A DNA stretch of 64,000 bases, from assembly GCA_963713225.1 (NCBI GenBank), contig CAVQLB010000010.1, forward strand, positions 25,686 to 89,685, given 5' to 3'. The position numbers and the translations under genes were made by a program. The notes beneath the pieces were generated by a model. It saw only the letters and a list, made by a program, of their open reading frames with translations. It ran no database searches and was not told the DNA's origin. Of the stretch, positions 8,716 through 18,061 are shown piece by piece. Positions within the stretch are counted from its first letter, which is position 1; each line of letters begins with the position of its first letter. Source of the stretch: an uncultured Actinomycetota bacterium. GTDB taxonomy: Bacteria; Actinomycetota; Actinomycetes; Mycobacteriales; Mycobacteriaceae.

Positions 8716-9741
8716 TCAGAGCCCCGATGCGGTCGCGCCTCTCGGTGGCGCCGTCGTTGCTCTGATGACTAACTGCGGTGTCAGCACGGCCGAGCGCGCG
8801 TCGGTGCGTCCGCCATCGAGCCGCTCCACCACTGCTGCAACCGCCTGGTCGGCCTGATCGGTGGGTTGCTGACTCACCGAGGTCAGATCGATGTGACCCA
8901 GCCGGGCCAGCATGCTGTCGTCGTACCCGGTGACAGAGACGTCTCCGGGCACATCCACTCCGGCGCGGCGCAGCGCATCGACAACGCCCACTGCGAGCCG
9001 ATCGTTGGCGCACACTACGGCAGTCGGCAGATCTCCAAGTAGCTCTTGTGCCGCAACGATTCCCGCGGACTCGGTGAAGACTCCCTCGACGACTTTAGCC
9101 CGATCACCCAAGCCATGTCTCTCCATCGCACGCAGGTAACCGTTTCGCCGATCGGCCGCGATCACGCCGGACCCGCCGGAGACGTGGACAACGCGACGAT
9201 GGCCGAGACCGACGAGGTAATCCACCACGGTTCCGATGCCCCGGGCGTCGGCCGTGCGGACGACATCGAGGGTGGTCGCGCGCATGCGTCGTCCGATGAC
9301 TACCGACGGCAGCTGCTTACCGAGTGTGGTCAACGCTTCAGTCGACAGCTCTGGCCCGAGGAGAAGAAGACCCTCGCAACGGAAGTCCAACAGGGTGTCG
9401 ATCACCTGCGCCTCACCGTGCGTGGGCGTGACGGCTCCAAGGACCACCTCGTAGCCGGCACGATCGGCGGCGGCCACGATGTTCTCGGCGATCTCAGTGT
9501 GGAAGCTGTTTCGGATGTTGATTGTGACTCCGATGTGGTGCGACCGCCGCGCAGTCATCAATGCCGCAGTGCGATTCACGCGATAGCCGAGCTCATCGGC
9601 GGCGGCGAGTACCCGGGCCCGGGTCGCCGAGCTGGGGCCCGCAGCGTTGCGGAACACCAACGACACCAGTGCCTTGGACACCCCGACCTTGTCGGCGACG
9701 TCCTGCATGGTGGGGCGACGAGCATCCCGCGCCACGTGCAC
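8716..9741 (-). CDS. LacI-family transcriptional regulator
   Basis: HTH PTMQDVADKVGVSKALVS, hinge GYRVNRTA, C-terminal TAVVCAND and VSVTGYDD. Confidence 0.95.
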   Translation of the reverse strand: MHVARDARRPTMQDVADKVGVSKALVSLVFRNAAGPSSATRARVLAAADELGYRVNRTAALMTARRSHHIGVTINIRNSFHTEIAENIVAAADRAGYEVVLGAVTPTHGEAQVIDTLLDFRCEGLLLLGPELSTEALTTLGKQLPSVVIGRRMRATTLDVVRTADARGIGTVVDYLVGLGHRRVVHVSGGSGVIAADRRNGYLRAMERHGLGDRAKVVEGVFTESAGIVAAQELLGDLPTAVVCANDRLAVGVVDALRRAGVDVPGDVSVTGYDDSMLARLGHIDLTSVSQQPTDQADQAVAAVVERLDGGRTDARSAVLTPQLVIRATTAPPRGATASGL

Positions 9742-9804
9742 CTCATTCCCGTGAGTACCGGCAGGGGGTTGACAGCCGGTGTGACAACGCTCATAGTAGC
9801 TTAT

Positions 9805-9831
9805 TTAGACCGGTCTAATAGACCGGACTAA
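9805..9831. promoter_or_regulatory. Tandem LacI-type operators
   Basis: Perfect 14-bp CG-centred palindrome TTAGACCGGTCTAA (9805-9818) directly followed by a near copy TAGACCGGACTAA (9819-9831), in the divergent LacI/operon spacer. Confidence 0.75.
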
Positions 9832-9874
9832 GTATCCGAATCCGTATCCATGGCGAGTCAGGGAGTTGCAGGCA

Positions 9875-11053
9875 GTGACGAATCAATCCATCGGCGTCGC
9901 CGTCATCGGGGGTGGCATGGCGGGACGTGCGCATGCAGCCGGATATCGCTCGGCAACAACGCTGTTCGGCACCGACCGACCGGATGTCAGACTGGTCGCA
10001 ATCGCTGACACCAATCGCAGCGTGGCTGACGACACGGCACGTCGTTACGGCTACGAACGGGCGGAGTACGACTGGCAGACGATCGCTGGCGCCCCCGACA
10101 TCGACGCCGTCAGCGTCGTCGTGGCCAATCACCTGCACCGCGAGATTGTCGAGGGCCTGCTGGCTGCCGGAAAGCATGTCCTGTGCGAGAAACCCCTGGC
10201 CGGGTCCCTCGCTGACGCCGAAGCAATGGTCGCGGCCGCCGAACAGACCGACCGCGTGGCCGCCGTCGGGTACACCTACCGGAGGTCGCCGGCCGTCGAG
10301 CAGATCCGCCGCGAACTCGCCGATGGCACCATCGGGGAGCTGGTGCACTTCAACGGGCATTACTGGTGCGACTACGCGCTGGATCCGACCGGTCCGATCA
10401 CCTGGCGATACAAGGGTGGCCCCGGCACCGGCGCCCTGGCCGACGTGGGCAGTCACCTGATCGACCTCAGCGAGTTCGTGTGCGGGTCGATCACCGAAGT
10501 CGGAGGCGCCGCCTTCGCAACGTTGATCAAGGAGCGACCCGTACCGATCGGGGTCACGTACGGCCATACCAAGGCAGCCGTGAGTGACGAGGTCGCGCCC
10601 GTGGAGAACGAGGACGTCGCCACGTTCACCGCAACATTCGAGAACGGTGCGGTCGGTACCTTCTCGGCATCGCGCGTCGCCCATGACCTGCCCGATGGTC
10701 TCGGATTCGAACTGTTCGCTTCCACCGGCTCGGCGGCATGGAATCTGCACCGCCCCGGCGAATTCGAGATCTCAACCGCGGAAACCAGGGGTGCACTCGC
10801 CGGACCTCGCCGGGTGCTCATCGGCCCAGATCATCCCTATATCCGCGGCGGACTACCGATGGACGCCGGCGGTGTCGGGCACGGCGTTGCCGACTTGTTC
10901 GCCTACCAAACCCGCGCGTTCCTCGACCAGATCGCCGGCATCGGTGACCTGGGCCCGCTACCGGGGTTCGAGGCGGGGCTGCACGGTCTGCGCGTCGTCG
11001 CCGCCGTCACAGAATCCGCCCAGTCGGGCGGCACCACTGTCAAAGTCGTCTGA
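9875..11053 (+). CDS. Gfo/Idh/MocA family oxidoreductase (inositol dehydrogenase-like)
   Basis: VAVIGGGMAG, HVLCEKPLA, GALADVGSHLID. Start GTG 9875 (ORF track gives 9866). Confidence 0.9.
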   Translation: MTNQSIGVAVIGGGMAGRAHAAGYRSATTLFGTDRPDVRLVAIADTNRSVADDTARRYGYERAEYDWQTIAGAPDIDAVSVVVANHLHREIVEGLLAAGKHVLCEKPLAGSLADAEAMVAAAEQTDRVAAVGYTYRRSPAVEQIRRELADGTIGELVHFNGHYWCDYALDPTGPITWRYKGGPGTGALADVGSHLIDLSEFVCGSITEVGGAAFATLIKERPVPIGVTYGHTKAAVSDEVAPVENEDVATFTATFENGAVGTFSASRVAHDLPDGLGFELFASTGSAAWNLHRPGEFEISTAETRGALAGPRRVLIGPDHPYIRGGLPMDAGGVGHGVADLFAYQTRAFLDQIAGIGDLGPLPGFEAGLHGLRVVAAVTESAQSGGTTVKVV

Positions 11054-11073
11054 CTAGAAGGAGTCAAAGAACC

Positions 11074-12072
11074 ATGAAGCTCGGTGTCTACACCGCGATC
11101 CTGCACGACAAGCCCCTGCGTGAAGCGCTGGAGGTCATCGCCTCCCTCGGGCTCACCGGAGCCGAGATCAATGCGGGTGGGTTTCTGCCTACGCCGCACC
11201 TGCCGGTCACCGAACTGCTGTCCGGTGAGATCACGCCGCAGCAGTACCTGTCCACCTTCGACGGCACGGGAGTATCTATCGCCGGCCTGAACTGCAACGG
11301 GAACCCGCTGCACCCAGACCCCGAGGTCGGGCCCGAAGACGCCGACGATCTCCGCAACGCGATCCGCGTTGCCGGACTGCTAGGTGTGGACCGCGTAGTG
11401 ACCATGTCCGGCCTTCCGCACGCCCATCCGGGCGGCAAGTGGCCGGCCTGGCACGTAAACACCTGGGACTCCGGTTATCTCGATTCTCTGGACTACCAGT
11501 GGGACGAAGTCGCAGTGCCATTCTGGGCAGAAATCGACGCACTGGCCCGAGAGAACAATGTCAAGGTCGCGATCGAGATGCATCCGCAGAACCTGGTCTT
11601 CAATCCGCCGACCATGAAGCGTCTCGTCGAGAAGACGGGCGCCACACACGTCGGTGCGGAAATGGACCCGTCGCACCTGTTCTGGCAGGGCATCGATCCG
11701 GTCGCGGCGATCGAGTGGCTCGGGCCGCTGGTGTTCCACGCCGCCGCCAAGGACACCCGAATCAACAACAATTGCAAGCTCTACGGCGTTCTCGATGACC
11801 GCTTCACCCGAATTCCCTTGGACCAGAACCCGACCGGACTCGGCGGCCGGCATGTTGTGAACAAGTGGCCCGAGGATTCTGCATGGGACTTCGTCGCGGT
11901 CGGCCGCGGCCACGACACCGAATTCTGGGCGCGGTTCCTGAACGCCCTGGAGGCCGTCGACCCCAACATGTGGGTCAACATCGAACACGAAGACGTCGAG
12001 CTAGGTCAGCTCGAAGGCCTGCAAGTAGCCGCCGAAACCCTCAAAGCCGCCAACTCAGCCCTCGTCGGCTGA
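11074..12072 (+). CDS. Sugar phosphate isomerase/epimerase (IolE/xylose isomerase-like TIM barrel)
   Basis: IEMHP, EMDPSHLFWQG, HAAAKD, NIEHED metal ligands; RBS AAGGAG upstream. Confidence 0.9.
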   Translation: MKLGVYTAILHDKPLREALEVIASLGLTGAEINAGGFLPTPHLPVTELLSGEITPQQYLSTFDGTGVSIAGLNCNGNPLHPDPEVGPEDADDLRNAIRVAGLLGVDRVVTMSGLPHAHPGGKWPAWHVNTWDSGYLDSLDYQWDEVAVPFWAEIDALARENNVKVAIEMHPQNLVFNPPTMKRLVEKTGATHVGAEMDPSHLFWQGIDPVAAIEWLGPLVFHAAAKDTRINNNCKLYGVLDDRFTRIPLDQNPTGLGGRHVVNKWPEDSAWDFVAVGRGHDTEFWARFLNALEAVDPNMWVNIEHEDVELGQLEGLQVAAETLKAANSALVG

Positions 12073-12090
12073 CCTTCGAAGGACGAAATC

Positions 12091-13104
12091 ATGACAACAC
12101 CACGACAGCGACGTCGTCACAACGCATTTCGGGTCGCCATAGGGTGCCTAAGCGCACTCCTTCTGTTGTCGGCATGTTCCAGCACCGGCGGGAAGCCACG
12201 CGAGTCGGGCGCCGGGATGGGCGCCGGGCAGGCCGATACTCCGCGCCTCACGATCGCGATGGTGACCCATGGGCCGCCGGGCGACTCCTTCTGGGACCTC
12301 ATCCGCAAAGGGGCTGAGACCGCAGCGGCCAAGGACAACATTGAACTGAGGTACTCGGCCGCGCTGTCAGGCCCTGAACAGGCCGCGCTCGTCCAAACCG
12401 CTGTCGACAGTGATGTGAACGGCATCGCCGTATCACTTGCCCGGCCGGAGGCGCTGGCCTCAGCCGTCGAAAGGGCCAATAGCGAGGGCATCCCCGTCTC
12501 CGCGTTCAACGCGGGCATCGATGCCTGGAAGTCGCAGGGAGCCATTGCCTACTTCGGTCAAGACGAGAAGATCTCCGGCGAAGCCGCCGGCAAGCGGCTG
12601 GCTGCGGACGGTGCCAAGAAAGTTGTCTGCGTCATTCAGGACCAGGGGAACATCGCACTCGAATCCCGCTGCGCCGGGGTCACTTCCGGCCTTGGCGGCG
12701 GTCAGGTGGAGAACCTCAACGTCAACGGTACCGACATGCCGTCGGTGGAATCCACCATCACAGCCAAACTGCAGCAGGATCCGAGCATCGACACCGTCAT
12801 GACGTTGGGCGCGCCCATCGCGTTGGCAGCCGTGCAATCGGCGAAGACCGCGAACAGCAAGGCCAAGATCGTCACGTTCGACACCAACGCGGAGCTTGTG
12901 GACGCCATCAAGGGCGGGCAAGTGCAGTGGGCCGTCGACCAACAGCCATTCCTTCAGGGCTACCTCGCCATTGACTCACTGTGGCTGTACTTGAACAACC
13001 GCAACTCGATCGGTGGCGGAAAGCCGACCTTGACCGGGCCGGCGTTCATCGATAAATCCAACATCGACGCGATTGCCGAATACGCCAAGAATGGAACACG
13101 CTAA
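12091..13104 (+). CDS. Sugar/cyclitol ABC transporter substrate-binding lipoprotein
   Basis: Lipobox LLLSAC; VTHGPPGDSFW, FGQDE, AVDQQPFLQGY. Confidence 0.9.
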   Translation: MTTPRQRRRHNAFRVAIGCLSALLLLSACSSTGGKPRESGAGMGAGQADTPRLTIAMVTHGPPGDSFWDLIRKGAETAAAKDNIELRYSAALSGPEQAALVQTAVDSDVNGIAVSLARPEALASAVERANSEGIPVSAFNAGIDAWKSQGAIAYFGQDEKISGEAAGKRLAADGAKKVVCVIQDQGNIALESRCAGVTSGLGGGQVENLNVNGTDMPSVESTITAKLQQDPSIDTVMTLGAPIALAAVQSAKTANSKAKIVTFDTNAELVDAIKGGQVQWAVDQQPFLQGYLAIDSLWLYLNNRNSIGGGKPTLTGPAFIDKSNIDAIAEYAKNGTR

Positions 13105-13130
13105 GCGTCCCACTGACCAGGCCGGCGCCG

Positions 13131-13484
13131 CTACGGGCTGGAGCTGATGGTCGAGCGTGGAACCGGCTGCGGACCCATGGCCTGCTGTTCTTCTTCCAGC
13201 CCGATGCAGGCACCGCTGTCATGGCCCGTACACGGGACACCGTCGATCTCCGGGATATCGGGGTTGGCCGCGTTCGTGGTGAAACCGTCCGGTGAGTTCG
13301 GCACCATGAACGGTACGCAGGTCGTGGTGTAGACGTCCTCCTCCTCACCACCGGTACACGCGGCGAGGGGCGTGGAAACACCGGCCGTGGGTGTCGCCAT
13401 GACGGCCACCGGCGCAGCGACAATCGCCAGACCAAGACCAACGGCGAGGAAGAGTCGTCGAGACGGGAGCGGGAAGGTCGCCAT
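13131..13484 (-). CDS. Small secreted 4-Cys acidic protein, paralog 1 (family often mislabelled intersectin-EH binding protein Ibp1)
   Basis: SRRLFL plus hydrophobic signal; C-x12-C and C-x7-C (CTGHDSGAC); TAGAAT 7 nt upstream of the ATG suggests a leaderless transcript. Confidence 0.8.
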   Translation of the reverse strand: MATFPLPSRRLFLAVGLGLAIVAAPVAVMATPTAGVSTPLAACTGGEEEDVYTTTCVPFMVPNSPDGFTTNAANPDIPEIDGVPCTGHDSGACIGLEEEQQAMGPQPVPRSTISSSP

Positions 13485-13597
13485 GAAGACAATTCTAGGT
13501 CTGTGCCGCAGACCGCATAATCTCGACGCGGCCAACGGCCTGACGGACCAGGCCGCCGACTTCGCCGCGCGCCAACTCGCGTCTAGCCCGGCGACCG

Positions 13598-14402
13598 CTA
13601 GGTAGGGGTGCCGCGCTCATCGCAGGGAACTGAGCTCCCGCGGTCGATGAGCGTGAGCGTCCGCTGCATCTCGGTCGGCTTGATCGTGCCGCCGGTGTCC
13701 GCGTACGGATGGTCGAGGAAGAAGATCACGAGCAGGCCGGCGGTCACTAGGGCGGTGACGAAGCCGATCGGTATTGCCTGGATGACGAGCCCTTCGCGCC
13801 GATCCGCCTGGGCGACCATGTAGGCGATGGTCAGCGAGGCCCCGATACCCAGCACAAACCACAGCGGAACGGGCACGAACGGGGCTCGCCTCGGCGAGGC
13901 GCTCGCGCCGGCCGTCGCGGCGCTGTGCCTGCTCGTCGAACCACTGTGCGTATGCCGTCTCCTGCCGCGCGCCCCGCGGGTCCGTGTTCGCGAACTCCCG
14001 TTGCAGCTTGTCGATCCAGGACTGCACCAGCTCGCTTGAACGGCCCTCTCTCATCGCCGGCCATTCGTCCTCGATCACTGCGCGCGTGTAGCAGACCAAG
14101 CCTCCATGCAGACGGTCGCTTGTCGGCTTCTCGAAGACACTCGCGACGTAGTGGAGTTCGGAGACGGCGATGGCCTCGACGCTGGTGCCTTCGCGTGCGC
14201 GCTGATAGCTCTGCAGCGCGAGGAGAATCACGAACGCGAGCATCACCGCGAACATGGTGCCGATCACCGACAACGAGCCTGCACTACGGGGCGCGTCGGT
14301 GAACCAGCCGCCTTCGGGCGCGCGGCGGCGCACCAACAGCTTGGCGGTGATCGCCGCCGTGACCGCCACGACGAGCACGAGTGGGGCGATCCAGGTCAGC
14401 AC
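13598..14402 (-). pseudogene. DUF4239/bestrophin-like membrane protein, frameshifted as assembled (~13880)
   Basis: N-half IGTMFAVMLAFV...IEDEWPAM continues in another frame as VPVPLWFVL...LDHPY. One extra base; may be a sequencing error. Confidence 0.7.
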
Positions 14403-14459
14403 GGCTGATTACTTTACGAACGCAGGGTTGCGCACGTCGCTGATTCGATAAACCCGCGT

Positions 14460-15353
14460 CTAGCAGGACTCATGTCCGACGATGACGCCCGCGGCTTCCT
14501 CGATCGGCTTGATGACAGAGGTGAAGTCGGATTCCGCCCCCTCCTCGGTCAGCGTGGTCTCCCACACCGTCGCAACCGCATCCGCGATATGGGTGGGCAG
14601 GCCGAGTGCCTTGGCTTCGTCGAGATAGAGCCGCACGTCCTTGACCATCAGACCCGTCGCGAATCCGTAGTCGAAGGTGCGCGGAAGGACGGCACGAGGG
14701 AACTTGTCGCGGCTGGCGTGGGTGCCGCCCGACCCGGCGTTGAGCACGTCGATCACGACCTCGGCGTCCAGTCCCGCCTTCACGCCGAGCACGACCGCTT
14801 CCGCCGTCGCCGCCAACGCCGTCGCCGCCAGCAGGTTGTTCACGAGTTTCATCGTCTGGGCCGCGCCCGGCTTCTCGCTGACGAACATCGGCCGGCCGAG
14901 GTTTTCGAGGATCTCGCGGACTGCGTCGAACTCGGCCCTCGGACCCGACACCATCATGGCGAGTGTGCCTGCGGTGGCGCCGTGGACGCCGCCGCTGACC
15001 GGACAGTCGAGCATCGCGATGCCGCGTTCGCCAAGCTGCTCCGAAATACGTTGGGCAGTAGGGCTTCCGACCGTGGAAAGGTCGACGAAGCGTTTTACCT
15101 TCGAGCCCGCGATCACGCCGTCGGAACCGGTCGCCACATCGACGGAAGCCTGCACCGACGGCAGGCTCGCGAGGATGCAGTCGACGCGGTCGGCGACATC
15201 CCGTGGCGAGGACGCTGCCTGTGCACCCGATGCGACGGCCTGCTCCACGATGTCGTCGCGAGTGTCACAGACGAACAACCGGTGTCCGGCTTCCGCCAAA
15301 CGCGCCGCCATGGGAAAACCCATGTGGCCCAACCCGATGAATCCGATGTCCAC
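14460..15353 (-). CDS. NAD(P)-dependent beta-hydroxyacid dehydrogenase (3-hydroxyisobutyrate/6PGDH family)
   Basis: IGFIGLGHMG, DCPVSGG, MKLVNN, GLMVKD. Confidence 0.9.
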   Translation of the reverse strand: MDIGFIGLGHMGFPMAARLAEAGHRLFVCDTRDDIVEQAVASGAQAASSPRDVADRVDCILASLPSVQASVDVATGSDGVIAGSKVKRFVDLSTVGSPTAQRISEQLGERGIAMLDCPVSGGVHGATAGTLAMMVSGPRAEFDAVREILENLGRPMFVSEKPGAAQTMKLVNNLLAATALAATAEAVVLGVKAGLDAEVVIDVLNAGSGGTHASRDKFPRAVLPRTFDYGFATGLMVKDVRLYLDEAKALGLPTHIADAVATVWETTLTEEGAESDFTSVIKPIEEAAGVIVGHESC

Positions 15354-15409
15354 GACCGCGCCTACGCCTCGTCGAGTTCGGATGGATCCATGGCACCCTC
15401 CGTTGATCG

Positions 15410-15875
15410 TCAGTCGTTGGGGAGGTCGATCAGGCGGCGGCTGAATTCGGTGAGCTTCGATCGCGACATGAACCGTTGGAAGGGTTCGTGTTCGGCGAGC
15501 AACCGAACCACGATCGGGTCGAATTGCAGGGTCCGCACCAGCCGGCGGTCGCGCACCGCCATGTCGACCACGCCCACCAGGAGCGCGTCGCGCGCCTGCG
15601 GGCCGTCGCTCGCGCCTCGGCCTCTTCGAGCGCGGGTACCAGCCTGCCGAGCTCGCGCTCCGTCACGGCTATCACGATCTGATCCTTGGTCCGGAACTGG
15701 TGATAAACGGCCGCTTTCGTAAACCGACCGCATCGGCGATCATCTGCAGTGACGTACCGCTGACACCATGTTCGGCGAAGAGATCCAACGCGGCGTCGAG
15801 CACACGGGTACGCGGTGCGCTGTGCCGGGTGATTTTGAGTTCGCCGTCGGCCACCGGCTGCTGCGCAGATCCCAC
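15410..15875 (-). pseudogene. TetR-family regulator with two frameshifts and an apparent internal deletion
   Basis: HTH SLQMIADAVG-[fs ~15722]-TKAAVYHQFRTKD; second shift ~15615; ends FQRFMSRSKLTEFSRRLIDLPND, short for this family. Confidence 0.7.
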
Positions 15876-15934
15876 ACGATGAGACTAGACGAACGGCTAT
15901 TAGCCGGTCGCCGAGAGCGCGGCCCCGCCGGGTG

Positions 15935-16171
15935 CTAGAGGAAGTGGCGGGACGATCTGCCGACCATGTACCCGGCCGGAAACGACTTCTCGATCACCTG
16001 ACACTGATTGTTGTGCAGGCATTCGAGCTCGAGGACGACGCCGCCGCCGTCGATCGGTCTGCTCTCCAAGACCTTGTAGTGCTCGCAATTGCCATCCGCA
16101 TCGAAGATCGGATCGCCGCACCGGACGCTTTCGATCGGGACTCGGTCGGCGTCGCCGGGAGACAAAGACAT
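15935..16171 (-). CDS. Small hypothetical protein (78 aa, 4 Cys)
   Basis: ORF from ATG 16171 (MSLSPGDADRV) with protein-like composition, in an otherwise intergenic space. Confidence 0.5.
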   Translation of the reverse strand: MSLSPGDADRVPIESVRCGDPIFDADGNCEHYKVLESRPIDGGGVVLELECLHNNQCQVIEKSFPAGYMVGRSSRHFL

Positions 16172-16186
16172 ATCGACGAGGGTAAG

Positions 16187-16248
16187 CGCCGAACGTGAAA
16201 CCACAGCGAAAATTCAGCGAGATTCTCGCCATCAGTTCACACTCGATG
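16187..16248. repeat. REP-like imperfect palindromic intergenic element, copy A
   Basis: CGAACGTGAAACC...GCGAAAATT...GATTCTCGC...TTCACACTCG; shares its ends with the element at 42816-42896. Confidence 0.6.
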
Positions 16249-16280
16249 CGCTCACCAACAAGAGTGCGGAGGTCCCAGGC

Positions 16281-17174
16281 ATGAAGATCGGCTTCATCGG
16301 ACTCGGCAACATGGGGTCGGCCATGGCCGCGAACCTGATCAGGGCGGGCCACGAGGTCACCGTCTACAACCGGTCGCGGGCAAAGGTCGATGCGCTGGCC
16401 GCCGAGGGCGCGCGGCCTGCGGACTCGGTCGCCGAGACCTGCGGCGGCGACGTCGTCGTCTCGATGCTCGCGAACGACGAAGCAGTCGCGGGGATCGTCT
16501 TCGGCGACGGCGGAGTCGTCGACTCGCTGGCGCAGGGCGCCACCCACGTTTCCTCGTCGACCATCAGCGTGGCCCTCTCCGAGCGGATGACCTCGGCGCA
16601 CGCCGAGGCCGGGCAGCAGTTCGTCGCGGCACCGGTGTTCGGCCGCCCGGAGGCGGCGCAGGCCGCGAAGTTGTTCGTCGTCGCCGCGGGCGCGCCTGAG
16701 ACACTGCAAGCGCTGTCGGGAATCTTCGACGCGTTCGGTCAGCGCACGTTCGTCGTGTCCGAGGAACCCAAGACCGCGAGCCTGATCAAGCTGAGCGGCA
16801 ACTTCCTCGTCATGTCGGTGATCGAGACGCTCGGCGAAGCGATGGCGTTTGTCGACAAGGCCGGGGTCGACAAGCACCAGTACCTCGACATCCTCACCTC
16901 GACGCTGTTCGACGCCCCGATCTACCGGACGTACGGCCAGCTGATCGCCGACGAGAGATTCGAGCCCGCCGGATTCGCCGCATCGCTCGGGCAGAAAGAC
17001 ATCCACCTCGTGCTGACCGCGGCCGAGAAATTACGGGTGCCGATGCCGGTGGCCAGCCTCATCCGCGATCGCTTTCTGGCCTTGCTGGCCCGCGGCGGCG
17101 CACACCTCGACTGGTCGGCGATCGGCGCGCTGGCAGCCTGGGAGGCAGGTGCCGCCGGCCCGACGGAGCGCTAG
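16281..17174 (+). CDS. NAD(P)-dependent beta-hydroxyacid dehydrogenase family oxidoreductase
   Basis: MKIGFIGLGNMG, AAPVFGRP, IKLSGN, LGQKD. Confidence 0.9.
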   Translation: MKIGFIGLGNMGSAMAANLIRAGHEVTVYNRSRAKVDALAAEGARPADSVAETCGGDVVVSMLANDEAVAGIVFGDGGVVDSLAQGATHVSSSTISVALSERMTSAHAEAGQQFVAAPVFGRPEAAQAAKLFVVAAGAPETLQALSGIFDAFGQRTFVVSEEPKTASLIKLSGNFLVMSVIETLGEAMAFVDKAGVDKHQYLDILTSTLFDAPIYRTYGQLIADERFEPAGFAASLGQKDIHLVLTAAEKLRVPMPVASLIRDRFLALLARGGAHLDWSAIGALAAWEAGAAGPTER

Positions 17175-18010
17175 TTCGCCACCACGCCGCGAAGGCCGTC
17201 GGCGCCGAACACCGGCTCGAGCATCGACGAGTAGTCGGGCCCGCGGCGCAACATCAGGCCGCCGTCAACGTTGATCACCTGACCGGTCACATAGCTGGAG
17301 GCGTCGCTGAGCAGGAACACCGCGGCACTCGCGATGTCCTCGACCTCACCGGGTCGGGGCAGCGGTGTGCAAGACGCGTAGTCCGCGCTCAGTTCCGGTG
17401 AATCGAGAACCGGCGCAACGAGTTCGGTTCGAATGAGGCCAGGCCGGATGCAGTTCACCCGGACCCACGACGGCCCCAGCTCGTCTGCCGCCAGCTGCAT
17501 CAGGTGATCGATGCCGGACTTGGAAACTCCGTACGCACCGAACCATCGGTGAGTGTTGCTCGCCGCGATGGACGAGATGCCGACGAATGATCCGCCGCCG
17601 CCGCGAACCATCTCCCGCGCAGCGTGTTTGAGCACATACATGGTGCCGTTGATGTTCAGGTCGACGGTGCGCCGCCACGCCTCGGAGTCGATCTGGGTGA
17701 CCGGGCCGATCGTCTCGCTGCCACCCGCGCAGTGCACCACTCCGTGCAGCTTGCCGGTCCACGCGGTGGCCGCCTCGACCACCCGCGAGACCTCGTCTTC
17801 GTTGGTGACGTCGGCCGGCTCGTACAACACGGAGCCGCCATCCTCGGTGTGACCCTTGATCTCCTCGGCGGCGGCGGCCAGCCGGTCTGCGTTGCGGCCG
17901 ACGAGCATGACGTTCGCGCCCGCCGCGACGGCCGCCGTGGCGGCTCCCTTGCCGATTCCACTGCCACCGCCGGTGACCAGGACCGTCTTATCCGCCAACG
18001 AGAGCTGCAC
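17171..18010 (-). CDS. Short-chain dehydrogenase/reductase (Rv3485c-like)
   Basis: TGGGSGIG, YGVSK (YxxxK), VNCIRPGLIRT; position just before the otsA/mce4 block. Confidence 0.9.
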   Translation of the reverse strand: MQLSLADKTVLVTGGGSGIGKGAATAAVAAGANVMLVGRNADRLAAAAEEIKGHTEDGGSVLYEPADVTNEDEVSRVVEAATAWTGKLHGVVHCAGGSETIGPVTQIDSEAWRRTVDLNINGTMYVLKHAAREMVRGGGGSFVGISSIAASNTHRWFGAYGVSKSGIDHLMQLAADELGPSWVRVNCIRPGLIRTELVAPVLDSPELSADYASCTPLPRPGEVEDIASAAVFLLSDASSYVTGQVINVDGGLMLRRGPDYSSMLEPVFGADGLRGVVAN

Positions 18011-18029
18011 TTTTACCCCTTACGAAAAC

Positions 18030-18043
18030 TAGAACAGGTTCTC
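18030..18043. promoter_or_regulatory. KstR-like box (one mismatch)
   Basis: TAGAACAGGTTCTC versus consensus TnnAACnnGTTnnA, 20 bp upstream of the SDR start. Confidence 0.55.
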
Positions 18044-18061
18044 GATATGCAACCACGCACG

